NCBI GenBank assembly: GCA_003427395.1
Contig: BFEA01000004.1
Coordinates: forward strand, 941,587-1,005,586
Direction: 5' to 3'
Source: Chara braunii
Taxonomy: Eukaryota > Plantae > Charophyceae
DNA length: 64,000 nucleotides
A program made the translations under genes and the position numbers. This document shows, one piece after another, positions 12,545 to 26,123 of the stretch (the stretch's first letter is position 1; each line of letters begins with the position of its first letter). The notes beneath the pieces are model-generated. The model saw only the letters and a program-made list of their open reading frames with translations, had not been told where the DNA came from and did not search any database.

Positions 12545-12701
12545 CGCGGCTTAGAGCGCAAACTTTAGGAGCAACCCTGGAGAGTCACGAGTTCAAGTCC
12601 TCTGGAAGCGGAGAAGAAAAAAGAAAAAAGAAGAAAAAAGAAAAAAGAAAAAAGAAAAAAGAAAAAAGAAAAGAAAAGAAAGAGAGAAGGAAAAAGAAAA
12701 A
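12545..12701 (+). mobile_element. Possible tRNA-derived SINE-like remnant with A-rich tail
   Basis: TTAGAGCGC followed by a B-box-like GTCACGAGTTCAAGTCC, then ~90 nt of A/G-rich tail. Confidence 0.3.
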
Positions 12702-12934
12702 GTGTCACCGGTGGAGGCCTTCTTTAAAAAATAAGCCTAACTTTGCCGATATCCCAATTTTTCACCGCCCAAAGTTTGTAATTGCATTAATGAACCAGAT
12801 ATCCGGATAGTCCCATATGCGTAACTAAGTCTGTAAGGCTAGTAGCATGGGGACACGTGTCAAGAAGTGTAGGGTAGCAAGTACAGTGTGGTTGTTGTGT
12901 CATACGAGGGTGGTGTAGCAGCATGGGGACACGT

Positions 12935-13745
12935 TGTGAGGAAACCCGGGGAGGGGCGCCTACAGATTGTTGAAGCCAAGGGTCACGGCGCCTGTCACTC
13001 GCCGCGCCCGCTTCCGAGGTCCTCAGCGACCTGCAGGGTAGCGGTATATGACCTGTTCCCCCTGTCTTTCCCTAGGGGACGCTGGGGTCACATCTTTCGT
13101 ATACTTTTGCGAAGCTCGAGTTGCAGTACTCAGCCAAAATAGTTGTGATAAAACGATGCTTACTTCACGTTAGCCTACTAGTGTGATGGAGGACTGAAGT
13201 CAAGTTCGGCTCACCTTTGACCAGCAAGGGTAACCGTAGTCTGACCCAGACTCGGATTACGGCGTTCAACCGAGGTAACAGTGAGCGAGACTGCGTTCAG
13301 TTCATAGTATTTTGTATACGTAAAAGTTAACTGCAGTAAGCTCTCTTTTACAGCGCATAGCAAAAAAATAAGAGTCAATTAAACGGGATCAATTTATAAT
13401 CATTAACAAGGGAGCAGAACACTGAAGCAAAGCCCGTTCCTCAGTCGGGAAGATCGCTTTTCCTACTTCCGTTTCCCCCTTTTCTCTGCACAGTTCCCCT
13501 TTTTCTCTGCACAGTTCCCCTTTTTCTCTCCCTCTCTGTCCTCTCTCACTCTCGTCAACTTGCATGACACACGCACGCTCCTGCTATAACCATGACTCGA
13601 TAGCTGAGAGTTGGGTGCACCTATTCATGATAAGAGTCTCTTTTTGTGAGTTCTCCAAAATTTGAATGGCAACAATAATACTAAATAAATAATTAGATAG
13701 TAAATTAGCACCCACTCTTCTCTTTCTCGCCCTCCTCCTTTTACA
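12935..13745 (-). repeat. Putative 3' LTR of the Gypsy element
   Basis: Bounded by TGT...ACA (tgtgaggaaa...tccttttaca) downstream of the minus-strand pol; no second LTR in the window to confirm. Confidence 0.4.
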
Positions 13746-15192
13746 GTGCACGTCCCTCGTTCACCGCACTAGCCAAGGAGTCGTTTGCAATTGAAGTTTC
13801 AATGAATCAAAATAAAATAAAACAACACAATCATATGGGTTGTCCCGCATGTCCCATCTGCAGATGCCCCCTTCCCCTTCCCGGGGGGGACCAACTTGAC
13901 TTTCACTCAAGACCACTTCGTCTTACCTCTCTAGCAACCCAGTTGGCATTGAAAAACGTTTGCCCCCCCCTCCAACGGAAGACTAGCAGAGATGACCTTG
14001 ATGACTTTATTCCGCAGGCCCCGTGACAGGTCCGCGGTTGAAACTGTACCTGCTCGTAGCAAGGTACCTGATCACAACATAAAGTAAAAAACTCTTGTTG
14101 GCTGCGACGAAATCACTTAATCTCAGGCCGCCGAGTGAAATCGCTCCCACCAACAGCAGGACTACTTGATCAGAAATCACCAAACCTTCTCAAATGCAGC
14201 GAGGTTGCCTGTTCGAAGTTCACTAATTGAGAACGCTCCCGCCCCGTACTACTCTTCCACTTCTTCCAACACTTCCTCACAGCGCGTTACCTTCTCTATA
14301 GGGCAGCGCACTCATTGCTTCTGACTCAATGCACTCTCTCTTCCTTAGTTGATACCCTCGCTGTTTTACTTTGTATCTCTCACACATATGAACATTCCCT
14401 CTGGGCGGCTCGCCGCACGAGCGCAGACTCTTACGCCTCCCGCCCATCAGCTCACTTGCATTCTCAAATTTTCCCAGAAGTAGTAGAGACAGATCAAAGC
14501 TCTGAGTTAAATAAACGTCCGTCGGATAATTATTAATATTAATAAGGAAGGGAGACGAATTCCCTCTCACACTCTTTTGCCTACCCACTCTCTCTTGAAC
14601 ATTCCCTTTTCTTTTCTCTCTTTACATTCTCTCTCTCTCCCCTCTCTTCTTACCCTCGCTTTTACACTCAGGTCCGCGACAGCAGCCCGTGCTTACATCT
14701 TTGCCCGCCGAGCCACTTCGCGGTCCTTATCTCGGGCGTTCTTGGCGCTCAACAATTTTACCAGCATTTGCGAAGTCACACGACTGATCATCACTAGACA
14801 CGCACCTCCACAGATTTCCAGCGCACTGCACCGTGAGTTCGTGCCAACAGGTAGCACGTGTGACTGCACTGTGAATGCAGAGCCTCCTTGGACTGTGTAC
14901 GCTTGGCACCCCCTTCTGTCCGCCCTCTAGGCTTGCGAAATGGGCGCTGAGCACGCTGTGCGCGCTGTCCACTTCCCCCTTGGTACTGTGCCCCAACCGT
15001 GCCCTTTCCTGAGCGCAAGCGTAGACCGAGTTCACCTCACGAAACTCCTCCTGTCTGCCCCCTTCGCCATCCTGCCTAAAGCGTTGTGGGGACTGCGTAC
15101 GCCAGGCGCGCTTACCCCGTCTGAATTCCCCCTTTCCTTTGGCCCGCCTGACTATATCCTGTCGGTATCTTTCTGAGCAGCCGAGACCACCG

Positions 15193-17178
15193 GTACCAGC
15201 CTCAGGTGAGGCCCAGTCCGAGAACAGATGGTTAGTGGCCCCGATCCTCGACCTATGGTCCCCAAAAATAACGATCGAACGAAGCCCCCTTAAGTCAAAG
15301 GTCATATTGCACTAGACCAATAGCAAACTTGCAGCCGTTGGTTGCCACAGAGCCCTCAGCGCGGTTCCAGGAAGGGAGGCAGTCCAGCGGACTGCATACC
15401 GCCGAAACAATTAAGACTGTCAAACCCATACGGTTCACGGTTCACCGTATCACAGAAGCTCAACCGAGCTTCCCAGTTAGCGGCACCTGTGCCAATCCAA
15501 TAAAGGAGACCAATTCAACTCAGCGTCCCTCCAAAAATGTGTGTTCCATGCCGCAGGCGACTGCAATCGAGTCGAACCAAAGATCGTCTCAAACCAAGGC
15601 CCGTTCCTTGACCATTCTGGATACCGTGGCTGTTCCAAACCAGCAGCTGTACCAAATCAGCGCAGAATACCATGACGTGTTGTAGATGCCCCACGCCAAC
15701 TCAAGACAAATGATTATTCCGTACCAGGGCCAAGAATGTCTAATCCGCAGTCATGGCACCCCTTATGTCACCATACTAATGCCGTGAATGTCGAGGTTGA
15801 ATCCAAAATAATTGTTGGAGCCCACAACAACTCGATGCCGAACCTTAAGTAATCACTCGGGAGTTGTTGTAACTTGTATTGCGCCAATGACGAACCAAGA
15901 CCATAAAAGAAATCGATGTTTAGTCAATAACGAGGCTGAAATATGCCGCATACCGCACAATACCGCAATCTCGTGATACCATCGGACCTGCTCCGAGGCA
16001 GACTGTCATACCCGAGCCGAACCATTATCATACCAGTACCGAAGCCGAATACAAGTTCGAACCATAACAGCCAGTACTGTGGCAATGCCGGATCAACACG
16101 AGTGTAAAATAACCGTCTCGAACTGTAGTAGCCTCGTACCGTACCGATACCGAACCAATACCGAGCTTGTAACATGTCGAGCACCGTACCAGCCTCAGGT
16201 GAGGCCCAGTCCGAGAACAGATGGTTAGTGGCCCCGATCCTCGAGCTATGGTCTCCAAAAATAATGATCGAACGAAGCCCCCTTAAGTCTAGGCCATATT
16301 GCACTAGACCCAGTAGCAAACTTGCATCCTTTGGTTGCCACAGAGCCCTCAGCGAGGTTCCAAGAAGGGAGGCAGTCCAGCGGACTGGATACCACCGAAA
16401 CAATTAAGACTGTCAATCCCATATCGTTCACGGTTCACTGTACCGCAGAAGCTCAACCGAGCTTCCCAGTTAGCGGCACCTGTGCCAACCCAATAAAGGA
16501 GACCAATTCAACTCAGCGTCCCTCCAAAGATGTGTGTTCCATGCCGCAGGCGACTGCAATCGATTCGAACTAGGGATCGTCTCAAACCAAGACCCGTTCC
16601 CTCACCATTTCGGATACCGTGGCTGTTCCAAACCAGCAGCTGTACCAAATCAGCGCAGAATACCATGACGTGTTGTAGATGCCCCACGCCAACTCAAGAC
16701 GAATGATTATTTCGAACCAGGGCCCAAAATGTCTAATCCGCAGTCATGGCACCCTTGTGTCACCATACTAATGCCGTGAATGTCGAGGTTGAATCCGAAA
16801 TAATTGTTGGAGCCCACAACAACTCAATGTCGAACCTGAAGTAATCACTCGAGAATTGTTGTAACTCGTATTGCGCCAATGACGAACCAATATCATAAAA
16901 GAAATCGATGTTCTGTGAATAACGAGGCTGAAATATGCCGCATACCGCACAATACCGCAATCCCGTGATATCATCGGACCTGCTCCGAGCCAGACTGTCA
17001 TACCCGAGCCGAATCATTATCATACCAGTACCGAAGCCGAATACCAGTTCGAACAATAACAGCCAGTACTGTAGCAATGCCGGATCAACACCGAGTGTAA
17101 AATAACCGTTTCGAACTGTAGTAGCCCCGTACCGTACCGATACCGAACCAATACCGAGCTTGTAACATGTCGAGCACC
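15193..17178. repeat. ~993-bp tandem duplication, two diverged copies
   Basis: gtaccagcctcaggtgaggcccagtccgag starts at 15193 and 16186; copies are colinear with scattered substitutions and 1-bp indels. Confidence 0.95.
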
Positions 17179-18868
17179 GTACAATGCCGCAGTGCCGTAA
17201 CAGTACCGAACCATAGTGCCAAGCCCGAAGCGAACCTAAGGGACGGTACCGCACCTGCTTCGGACCACGTACCCGAACCAAACCGGATACAAAAGGAATA
17301 TAGTTGGACCAAGGCAGCACCAACCCACGCTGTCCATGCAGCCATCCTCGGAACATCCCGACTCAATAAGGTCAGAGATCAAGTAAATTGGGAAAGTGAC
17401 ACGGAAAATCTCGATCGTCGGGGAACAATGAAAAAGTTAGAGTTCAGAGAATTTGACCAAATCTGGGTTCTGAGCTGACGGTGGTTAATCCAAGCAATAT
17501 CAGGCTAGGCATCGAATAATCATTAGTTCCTGTCCGTTCCACCATTTTCAATCATTTTCCCTTTTTCTTAGTTCTATAGTTCGAAATAGCAGAATAAACG
17601 TAAGTTCACCAAAATTAAATTTTAAGGCAGTTTAATTAAATAGTTAAAATTATCTTGTTTCTTTTCTCCTTGATTATTTTTAATCTTTTTTCTTTGTTTT
17701 TGATTTTATTGCCGAAACATATAAAGATGGAGTCTTTTCTGGAATTAAACGCCACGGAAAATAAGAAAATTAAAGAATATTACGTTTTTCTCTTCCCTTC
17801 TACTGTTCTTAATCTCCTCTCCCATTTTTTATTTAGGTACCAAAATCAACAAAAAATTGAGTCGCCATTTCGACCCCAATCTTATGCTGCAAAAGGCGTC
17901 ACGGCGGGGTCGGTTCCCGCGATGCCTCCGTGCGGCCGGCCATTACAAGTCTAGCCTCGCCTGCCGAGACCAGCTACATAATTTGTCGTTTTCAAGGGTT
18001 ACTTTTGTTAGATGTCATGGAGAAAATTAGGGGTTCCTTCGCCCTTCTATTATTTTAACTATTTTTCTTATTTCTTAGTTCTATATAATAAATAATGAAA
18101 TTAAAAGGATTTCATCAGAAATAGTTTCCGACGAGACTCAATAAAACATCAAATTCTCCTGTTTCTTCGTCTTTTCTTGCTTTTTATCCCTTTTCTTGTT
18201 TTTAATTTTATTGCGGGAAACACCAAATAATGAGGGTGATTCCATAGAAAGTGAATATCAAGGAAATTTAGTAAAATAAAGAATATCCTGTTGTTGTTTT
18301 TTTTTCTTTCATTTTCAATTCTCTTTCCCATTTTTAATTTTAATATTAAAAATTAAAGAAATGTGAGACTCCTCTCTCGGGTCAGTTGGACAGCGTGAAA
18401 GGGCCTTGTCAAGGCCTATTCTCAAATCATCGTCCCGCGGCCAATCGTTTCAGGAACAGGCTTGGAGCGGGCGGAAATGAGGTAGAGAACAAGGTAGCCA
18501 TCAGGGCGGCGAAGCGGTAGTTCCCCTCGTCAATCTTGAGGGCTAGTCTTGATGGTTGACACACCCAAAATTAGGGGTGGTCTGGCTACCCCTCATTTTC
18601 CCCAACCAGTCAGGAAAGAGTCCCGACCGATTCTCTCTCAGATAAATTTTCTAAGGGTCAATCTGTCGGTATTAGGGCGATCGACTGGCCTTCGATCGCC
18701 CGGCAAACAAGCCCGGACCTCCTCTCGATGCCCCCGTCGAGCCCGCTCGTCTCGATCAGATGAATCGTATCAGATCTAAGTGGACTACGCGCGCACGACG
18801 CGTATGCTTTCACTTTTCGGTTTGACGCTTGGGTTTCTCAGGAATTATGGGGTTGAGAGGGTGCTTCT

Positions 18869-21800
18869 TCACTCTCTTATGTCGCAGTCGTTTGGGCTTT
18901 GATACAGGGGTATTCCTTTGCTTCTTCTTTCCTTGGGATGCCAGTGTGTCAGTCGCGCCACTCTTCCTAATGCGGACTCTACGCTTAGGTCTTGTAAAAC
19001 AAAAATCCATTTCTTTTTCTTGCCTAGCGTTAAGCCCTTCACTTTCCCGGTCTTTACTCTCTTCCTCTTCTTTGAACTTTGACCTACCTCGAACCGTCTC
19101 GACGGTCCTTCGTCTGCCGCCTTAGCTTTCCCTTTTCCTCTAGGGTCTGATACCACCGGTACAGGAGTATGTGTCTCTCTTGGCCTAAGCAACTTAAGCC
19201 TAGCCCCAGTCACAGGATATTTCCACTTCGATCCATCTAGCTCAGCAATCATATATGTTACCCAGGTTAGTGCACCGACCACACGATAGGGTCTCATCCA
19301 TCTGTTAGCTAGTTTTCACGTCCATGTTCTCTCTAATGCGTCGTCATAAAGGAGAACCATATCGCCGACTTTAATCTTTCCCTTTCTGCTTCTGACGTCT
19401 TTATCCCATCTACCTTTGCTTTTGTCTCTTTCCACTGCCAGTCGATTAGCCGCGGTCATGAGATTATTTTCCAGTCCATAAGCTATCTATCTAGTCCTAG
19501 CTGCCTGTAATTCCTCTCGCGTCCTGTTATCTGTCCAGGTAACTGTAGTTCAACTGTTGACATGGACCTCTATAGGCAGAGGGCAGTGTCTCCCAAACCA
19601 TAGAGTGTAAGGAGGATAGCCTGTGCTAGCCCGAACTGTGACATTATGCACCCAAATCGCATACCGAAAATATTTCGGCCAGTCACTATCTTTCCCTCTA
19701 CACCACTTGGATAAAGATGCTATTAAAGACTAGTGGCCTCGCTGTACAGGCGCATTGGACTGAGGGTGATAGACAGTAGCTATAGATACTCTAGCTCCTG
19801 CTTTGTTGAACACGCTATGAACCTCATTCGCTAGGAACTCTGTCCCTTTATCCATCACAATCTTACTGACACACCCGTATCTAGAAAGATATTATAGGAC
19901 GAAGTTCGTAACCTCTTTTGCAGCTTTCGTTCAAATAGACTTGCCGTCGACAAATCCCGTAAAGTCGTCCCTGATATTCACTACATAGTTCATGTTCCCC
20001 ACGCCTTTCGGCATCTTCACCAGATCAATATGTACTTTCTCTCCAGGTCTAGTAGGATATGAAGGGTGAAGTGGTTCCTTATATCTGATAAGGGATCTCT
20101 TCTGACAATCCTCACAAGTCTCGCAATACCTTTCGACATCCTTGGACTGTCCTTCCCACCAGTATAATCTGCGGACCTTCTCATACGTCCCTTTTACTCC
20201 TCTATGTCCCCCAACTACACCGTCATGCAGCTCGACTATTATGGACTGTTTTTTCTTCTGGATCACAGATCACCCGAAGAGGCATCCCCGCTCCGACAGG
20301 CCGGCGGAATAAATGTCCAGCTCTAAGGCAATACTGTGCCGCTTGTCTCCTAATCTTCGAATCAGCACTCTCCTCTCCTGACAGGTGCAGTCCTATAGTG
20401 CGGTACTTACCTTCATAGAGGTTGACTAGGAAGCTATCCGAACGTCTAGGCTCAGTCATGGTCAGTGCAGCAACTGCTATCGATCACTCCGCCTCAATCG
20501 AAATCCATGAGAGTCCATCAGCCACGGCGTTCTTTGTTCCTGAGATCCTTTACACAGTGTAATCGTAGAGTCGGATCCTGATCAACCACCGCACAATCGT
20601 AGGATCAGTCAGACTGAAGTCCTTTTGTAAGACTGATGCTACCGCTGTAGGGTCTATCCTGAGAACGAATCGTCTTCCATATATGTATGCCTAAAGGCGT
20701 CTAAACGCCGCAGAACAGCTAACACCTCCTTCTTAAATTGACTGTAGTTGCGTTCAACAGTGTTAAGCGTACGACTCTCGAATCTCAGTGGTATTTCCTT
20801 ACCGTCGACATATTTTTGGGAAAGTAATCCTCCTACCGAACACAGTACAACATCCGTAGACAATATGAATGGCCTGTTAGTCTCATCCTCAAAGAAAGGT
20901 ACGCCTAGAATCTGACCGCCTTCTTTAAATTTTTCCTTGATGGATTGTACTGCAAGCTCTTGGAGAGTCCAAGTAAAATTTTTCGGTCTTCCTAAGAAGA
21001 GTCCGCAGGGGCTCCGCCTTTTCGGCATAGCCGCGTATAAAAATCCTCCAGTAACCTACCACTCCTAAGAATTGGCGGACCTCAGTAGCACTTTGCAACG
21101 GTGTCGGTCAGTTTAGGAGTTTCTCTTACTTGCCTAGGTCAGCTCGGCAACCCCTCGAATCGCATATAAATCCCAGAATCTTGATCGTTGACACCGCCCA
21201 TCGGCTCTTTGTTCCGCTCATTGTCAGGTTAGCTTCATCTAACTGTTCCAAGACAGCGTTAATGTCCGTCATGTGTTGCTCCACGAACCTCCTGACGCAA
21301 GGAGCGACTTCCGTTTCGTCTTTCAGCACGGGTCCTTTTATCGGAAAGTCGTCCAAAAAAACCTCAACTTTATCAGGTATAAATTCTTTCAAAACAGCTA
21401 TCATGGCTCTCTGAAAGACTGCTACCCCGTTGGTCCACCCCATAGGTACGACCATCATCTGCACCAATCCGAGTGGCGTGTGCATGGCTATGAGATGCCT
21501 ATCTTTCGGATCTAGTGGTATCTCATCGTATCCTGAAAATAAATCGCAGACATAATAAATGGACCTGCCTGCTGTTCCTTCTGCTAATAGATCAGCGTGT
21601 GATATGGATCCTACATCTCGAATCGTCACAGCATTGACCTTCTGGAGGTCTTGAATCCACCGAATCTTCTCATTAGGCTTCCTCAAGAAGAACCACCTAT
21701 TCGCGTACGAGCTATCAGATGGCTCTGCTACATGCGACGTCATCTTCTCCTTGAGAAAGGAAATAACTTCCTCCTTTTCTTTATGGGCAAACTTCCACCC

Positions 21801-22980
21801 CGCGTCATTCCATGGCGTATGCGGAATCGTGTAGATCATAGCAGGCTTAGCATACCTAGGATCAATTCTTCCTCTTTCCGCGTCACTGAAGGCTATAGCT
21901 TTGTCACAGGTCTTAAGAACTTTCAGCACGCGTGCCTTTTCCTGCTCAGTCAAGTTTCCATCTCCTATGTCCATCTCCGCTGTCCTCTTCTTTGTCAATC
22001 GTTGCAACTCCTTTCTCTTCTTGTCCTTAATTTCCCTGGCGATCTCTTCCTCAGATACACCATCTAGCGTGGATCGCTCACGAGCTACAACCGCCGGCTT
22101 GACTTTCTGAACTACTTTCTTGTGTAGTTTTGGTAGCCCCCCGTAGGGGGCTGTGCCCTTAAAAAAAAAACACAGAGATCATTCCTCCGAATTCTTCATT
22201 TTCTGCCTTAGGATAGGAGTTTCCTTCCACACGGACACGATTTCCTAAATCCTCGACTTCCACTATCCGACCTTCTTCTTCCATAAGTAGTGGTCCATAC
22301 TTCTTTTCGCGAAAGCTCAAGGAACGACTCGCAAGGGCGACCGATTTCCCCGCTGCTAGAATCGCTCTGTTCCTAGGGTCACGAGGCTCTACCGTCTCCA
22401 TCATAATTCGTCTACCATCTGGGCGTTTGATGGAAAGCATTTGACTTCCATCCCATCTAAGAACACCGTTGTTGCACGGTCCGCCTTAGCGACCACGCTC
22501 GATACTGCTACAGAAGGTAGTACCTCCTGTTTGGTAGTCATCTGGACTTCATCGCTCAGGGGGGTGCGCGTCGTGCGCGTGATCATCTGCAACTCATCTC
22601 GCGCAGGTCTTGAGGCTGCCAAATACTCAAGTATCGTACATTGCATCGGCTGACTAAGCGCGCGTCTGAGAGGCTCGACCATATCTATATCATCCAAAAT
22701 GCTCTTCATGGTGAACTTTTTAGTTCCACGTTTGCGTGGCGAGAGTATAACTTCCTCCCCTTCAATCCTTTGCCCATCCTTCTCTGCCATCACATAATCG
22801 GTGTCGGCCTTCTTAGAGGAGGACGCCCTGACAGACTTAGTCGCCGCCACCCGTATGGGTGTCACGGGACTCTCGTCATCCGAGGACAGACTCAGCCTCA
22901 CGCTCTGGCTTCTTGCGACTCCCTTACCCTTGCTCGGTTGTACTCGCCTAGCTTCCACGTTTTCCTTTATCGAAGGAGTT
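18869..22980 (-). pseudogene. Gypsy pol pseudogene (RT, RNase H, integrase)
   Basis: RT: DLFSGYDEI, VPMGWTN, VFLDDFPIKG (21126-22007). RNase H: FILSTD...ERNYSQFKKE (20654-21028). INT: HHCC motif LHDGVVGGH...CETCEDCQ plus VHIDLVKM (19931-20266). Multiple stops and frameshifts. Confidence 0.92.
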
Positions 22981-25352
22981 TTCCCTATTTTCCCACGTGG
23001 GAAAGGTACTGGTGCAAAAAAAAATAAAAAATAAAAAAATTGTTCGCGAAAGTTCTTGCACAATTTGTGGATGGTGCCGTGTGACCAGCGAAGTACCAAA
23101 TCGCCATTGCTCCAGACGGCCAGGGCCTTGTCCCATCTGAAAAGGTACAGCAGTGCGACCGGAACCATGTCCAAACCTCAAATCGGCCCTCGAAATCCGC
23201 ATATTTGCGGATTTCGGGTCACAGTGTGAGTGTGCCCTAAGTGGGCCGTAGGAGTGGCACGCCGTGTACAATCGAACTTTCAGGGGCATATCGAGAATTT
23301 CCCTGGTAAAGAAAAGTGAAAAATGACAGCTCTCAGGGGGACGGTTGGTTTGGCCATACGCCCGGCACCAACTGCTTTCTCCACTTGTACAGGACATGGA
23401 ATTCCCTTGCAAAGTTTGTGGGGCTTCGGAACTGGGCCATTACAGTTTGCCACAGGAGGTGGAACCTTGCCGTCTGCCGCTTGGCACACTTCTGCGCGAA
23501 GGCGGGAAGACGGCGGTTGTCGAGCCGCCGGAGTGTGTCAAGATGGTGGCGATTGCTTTCGAATTCAAATCGATCGCTCCACATTCCATACACGTCAGAT
23601 CCACTGGTGTTTTCCCCCTTTCACGTACGCCACAGGGTGGGTGGTATTTCTCCCGCGCTGTATTGCCTCACACATTCCAGGCGCACGAGATGCAGGGGCT
23701 GAGAGTTTTTTCCGGCGCGTTATATATAGTGCACGTCTTGGGCCCACAGTTTAGGCCGAAAGGCTGGCCGCATGGTGACGCAGATGCACGGCCCCGCTGA
23801 AGTCCATAGCCGCTGGGTAGCTTCACGCAGTAGAAAAGGTGCGGGTCCCACCTTGTTCCGACGATTCGACGGCCTACCTCTACCTGTCCCCGCAATACTC
23901 CTCTCTCTTCCGCTCACTCCTACCGCAGTTGAGTACATCGGTAGTCCGCGTGGCAGCCTTTCCACGTGGACCTTCGGCAGATCTGATGCCATCGGACGTC
24001 TGCAGGCCCTCTCTATGATATAAAGCCACACTCTAATACCGGCGTGGCGCGTGTTGGTTTCCCTCGACTGGGTAAAAAGGGAGGCTAGCGAATGGTGGTA
24101 GTTACTAGTGATGTGGAGCCAACAAAGGACCGTTTCTGCCGATCATGCCCTCACCTGGCACAAAAGGTATGATTGCTGATTGAATCATATCGCTTGTGAG
24201 GTGATGTGGAGTTCAGGCCTTGTTGACTCGCCCGCGGAGAGGGCTCGCAGTATTTCCTACGAGCCGGAGGTGGCGTGGAATCTAGACAGTGCCCGTCCCT
24301 ACCTCTTTTTCACTTTTCTCTGTAAGAACCGTCCCTTTTTCTGTGTCTCATGGCCTTTCCGATCACGCGAACAGCCGACTCTGCCTGTTGCCGTCTTCCG
24401 TATAGCCCCGCGCATTACTCGATCGCCTTGATATTGCCGCGGACGCTTGCTGCGTGCCCGGGATTGCGTGTTGCTGTTGCCCGACGAACGGTAACGCGCC
24501 GGTGCTTCGTTATTTTCTCAATAAGCGGACTGACACGGGAAAGTGATAGTCACGGAGACACTCTTGCTTCTGCACTTGCGGGTGCTAACACACTCAGGGA
24601 CGCGAGAGACGACGAAGGTGAGTGCTTCCGCCGCGGGTGAGAAAGTGGCAGGCTCACTTAACTACCGGTAATAGCGGCGAGAGCTGGCACAGCGCCCTGC
24701 TCTCTTCCGTCCTACCGCCGCCGCTCAGCTGCCGGTCGAGGAGTTGCCCGGTCTCAATTTGCGATTGTCCGGCGATTTTTAGAAGCTCGCATCTCGTATA
24801 TCTATGCAAAAGATGCGTGTATAAATTTATATATGGTATGCATTCGCTGTGACAATATATACGCATCCAGCTCGTTGAAGTCTGCCGTGCGCTCGAGTGC
24901 ATTGCGGACGATGCTGATGCAAGGATTGTGCAACAGGCACACACGTAGAGAGAGCTAGCTAGCTGTCGGCAAATTTTGGTTATTACAGTATGACTCGAGG
25001 AATGTAATGTGAGGGATGCGATGGTGCGGCGGTCGCGAGCAAGAGAAGCAGCAGCGATTTAATCAAGCGGGATAGACGGCAGCTGGGCTGGTTAATTAAC
25101 GGAGTGGAGTTCGGCCGAGTTGGTTGGTTGTGGTGTGATCGGGGCGCCGCTGGGTGCGGGTTCTGGGCGCGTCATTTGCAGAATCCCGGAGGGGTCATTT
25201 ATAGAATGTGGGGTGTGGTAAGCGGGGGACTCTAAATAGGAGCAAGCAAGCGAACGGGAGGGGAGAGGCGTATCAAGCAGAGGACAGCGGGGTCACGACT
25301 ATTGCTACCCTATAGGTTTTGCCGATCGTTGCAGGCTTACACCATTGGGAAT

Positions 25353-25700
25353 ATGTCGGGTACCGCTGCTCGAAGAACGGCATTGCGGGAGCTGGCCGTT
25401 GGTAGACCTCCTGAGCGCCGTGCTGGAATAGTGCCCAGAAGTGTTACTCCTCAGAAAAGCGACGCTATTATGACCCATGTGGATGTGGAAAACAAGGACG
25501 GTAGCGGGAAGATAAATGGGGTAATTGATGGCGGCAATATGAAGATGGCGGCGGTGAACAATGGTGGAACGTGCAAGCAGCCCGAAGGAAGTGAGGAAGG
25601 TGCCAAGAATGAAGTGCCTGCAGGGCCCCCGGCTGTAGAGTTTGAGTACATACAATCGGAAGATCTTCAAGATGTTCCCAATCCTGAAGAGTGTGTCAGT
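25353..25700 (+). CDS. ARM/HEAT-repeat (TOG/CLASP_N, TOGARAM/FAM179-like) protein, coding exon 1
   Basis: ATG 25353, MSGTAARRTALRELAV...EFEYIQSEDLQDVPNPEECVS, then GTAAGT donor at phase 0. Confidence 0.85.
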
Positions 25701-25733
25701 GTAAGTAATATTTCTTCACTTCGACAATAATGT

Positions 25734-25734
<1 letters not shown>

Positions 25735-25804
<70 letters not shown>
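25735..25804. repeat. (GA)n microsatellite
   Basis: Direct; other SSRs at ~26083 (GT), 29122-29192, 29793-29850 (GATT), 39570-39635, 40551-40631, 53226-53279, 53561-53682 and 63471-63514 (TA). Confidence 0.98.
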
Positions 25805-25807
<3 letters not shown>

Positions 25808-26079
25808 CCCCTTGTTCTACTTTCCGCGTACGTCGGCTCTTGACCTTCATGTCCTTGCGCTTGTTCAGGTAAGATCTTACTTACTGCGTATTGCTCTCTA
25901 GCACCCAGGCTGTGTTTCCCTCGTGTGCATCGTGCAGGATTTCCACTCTAGGAATCTTCCATATACTTCTGCGTCACCAGCTGCCGGTAGTTCGTAGTAT
26001 GGATTCCTGTCTGTCAGGGCCTGTGTGTATGTCTCCGTGTGTTTATGTCCGTCATGTGTGTTATGTGTGTTATGTGTGT

Positions 26080-26123
<44 letters not shown>

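Larger units (their letters stand above)
12935..22980 (-). mobile_element. 5'-truncated Ty3/Gypsy LTR retrotransposon with a long 3' region
   Basis: RT-RNaseH-INT domain order on the minus strand; ~5 kb between INT and the putative LTR. Confidence 0.8.
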
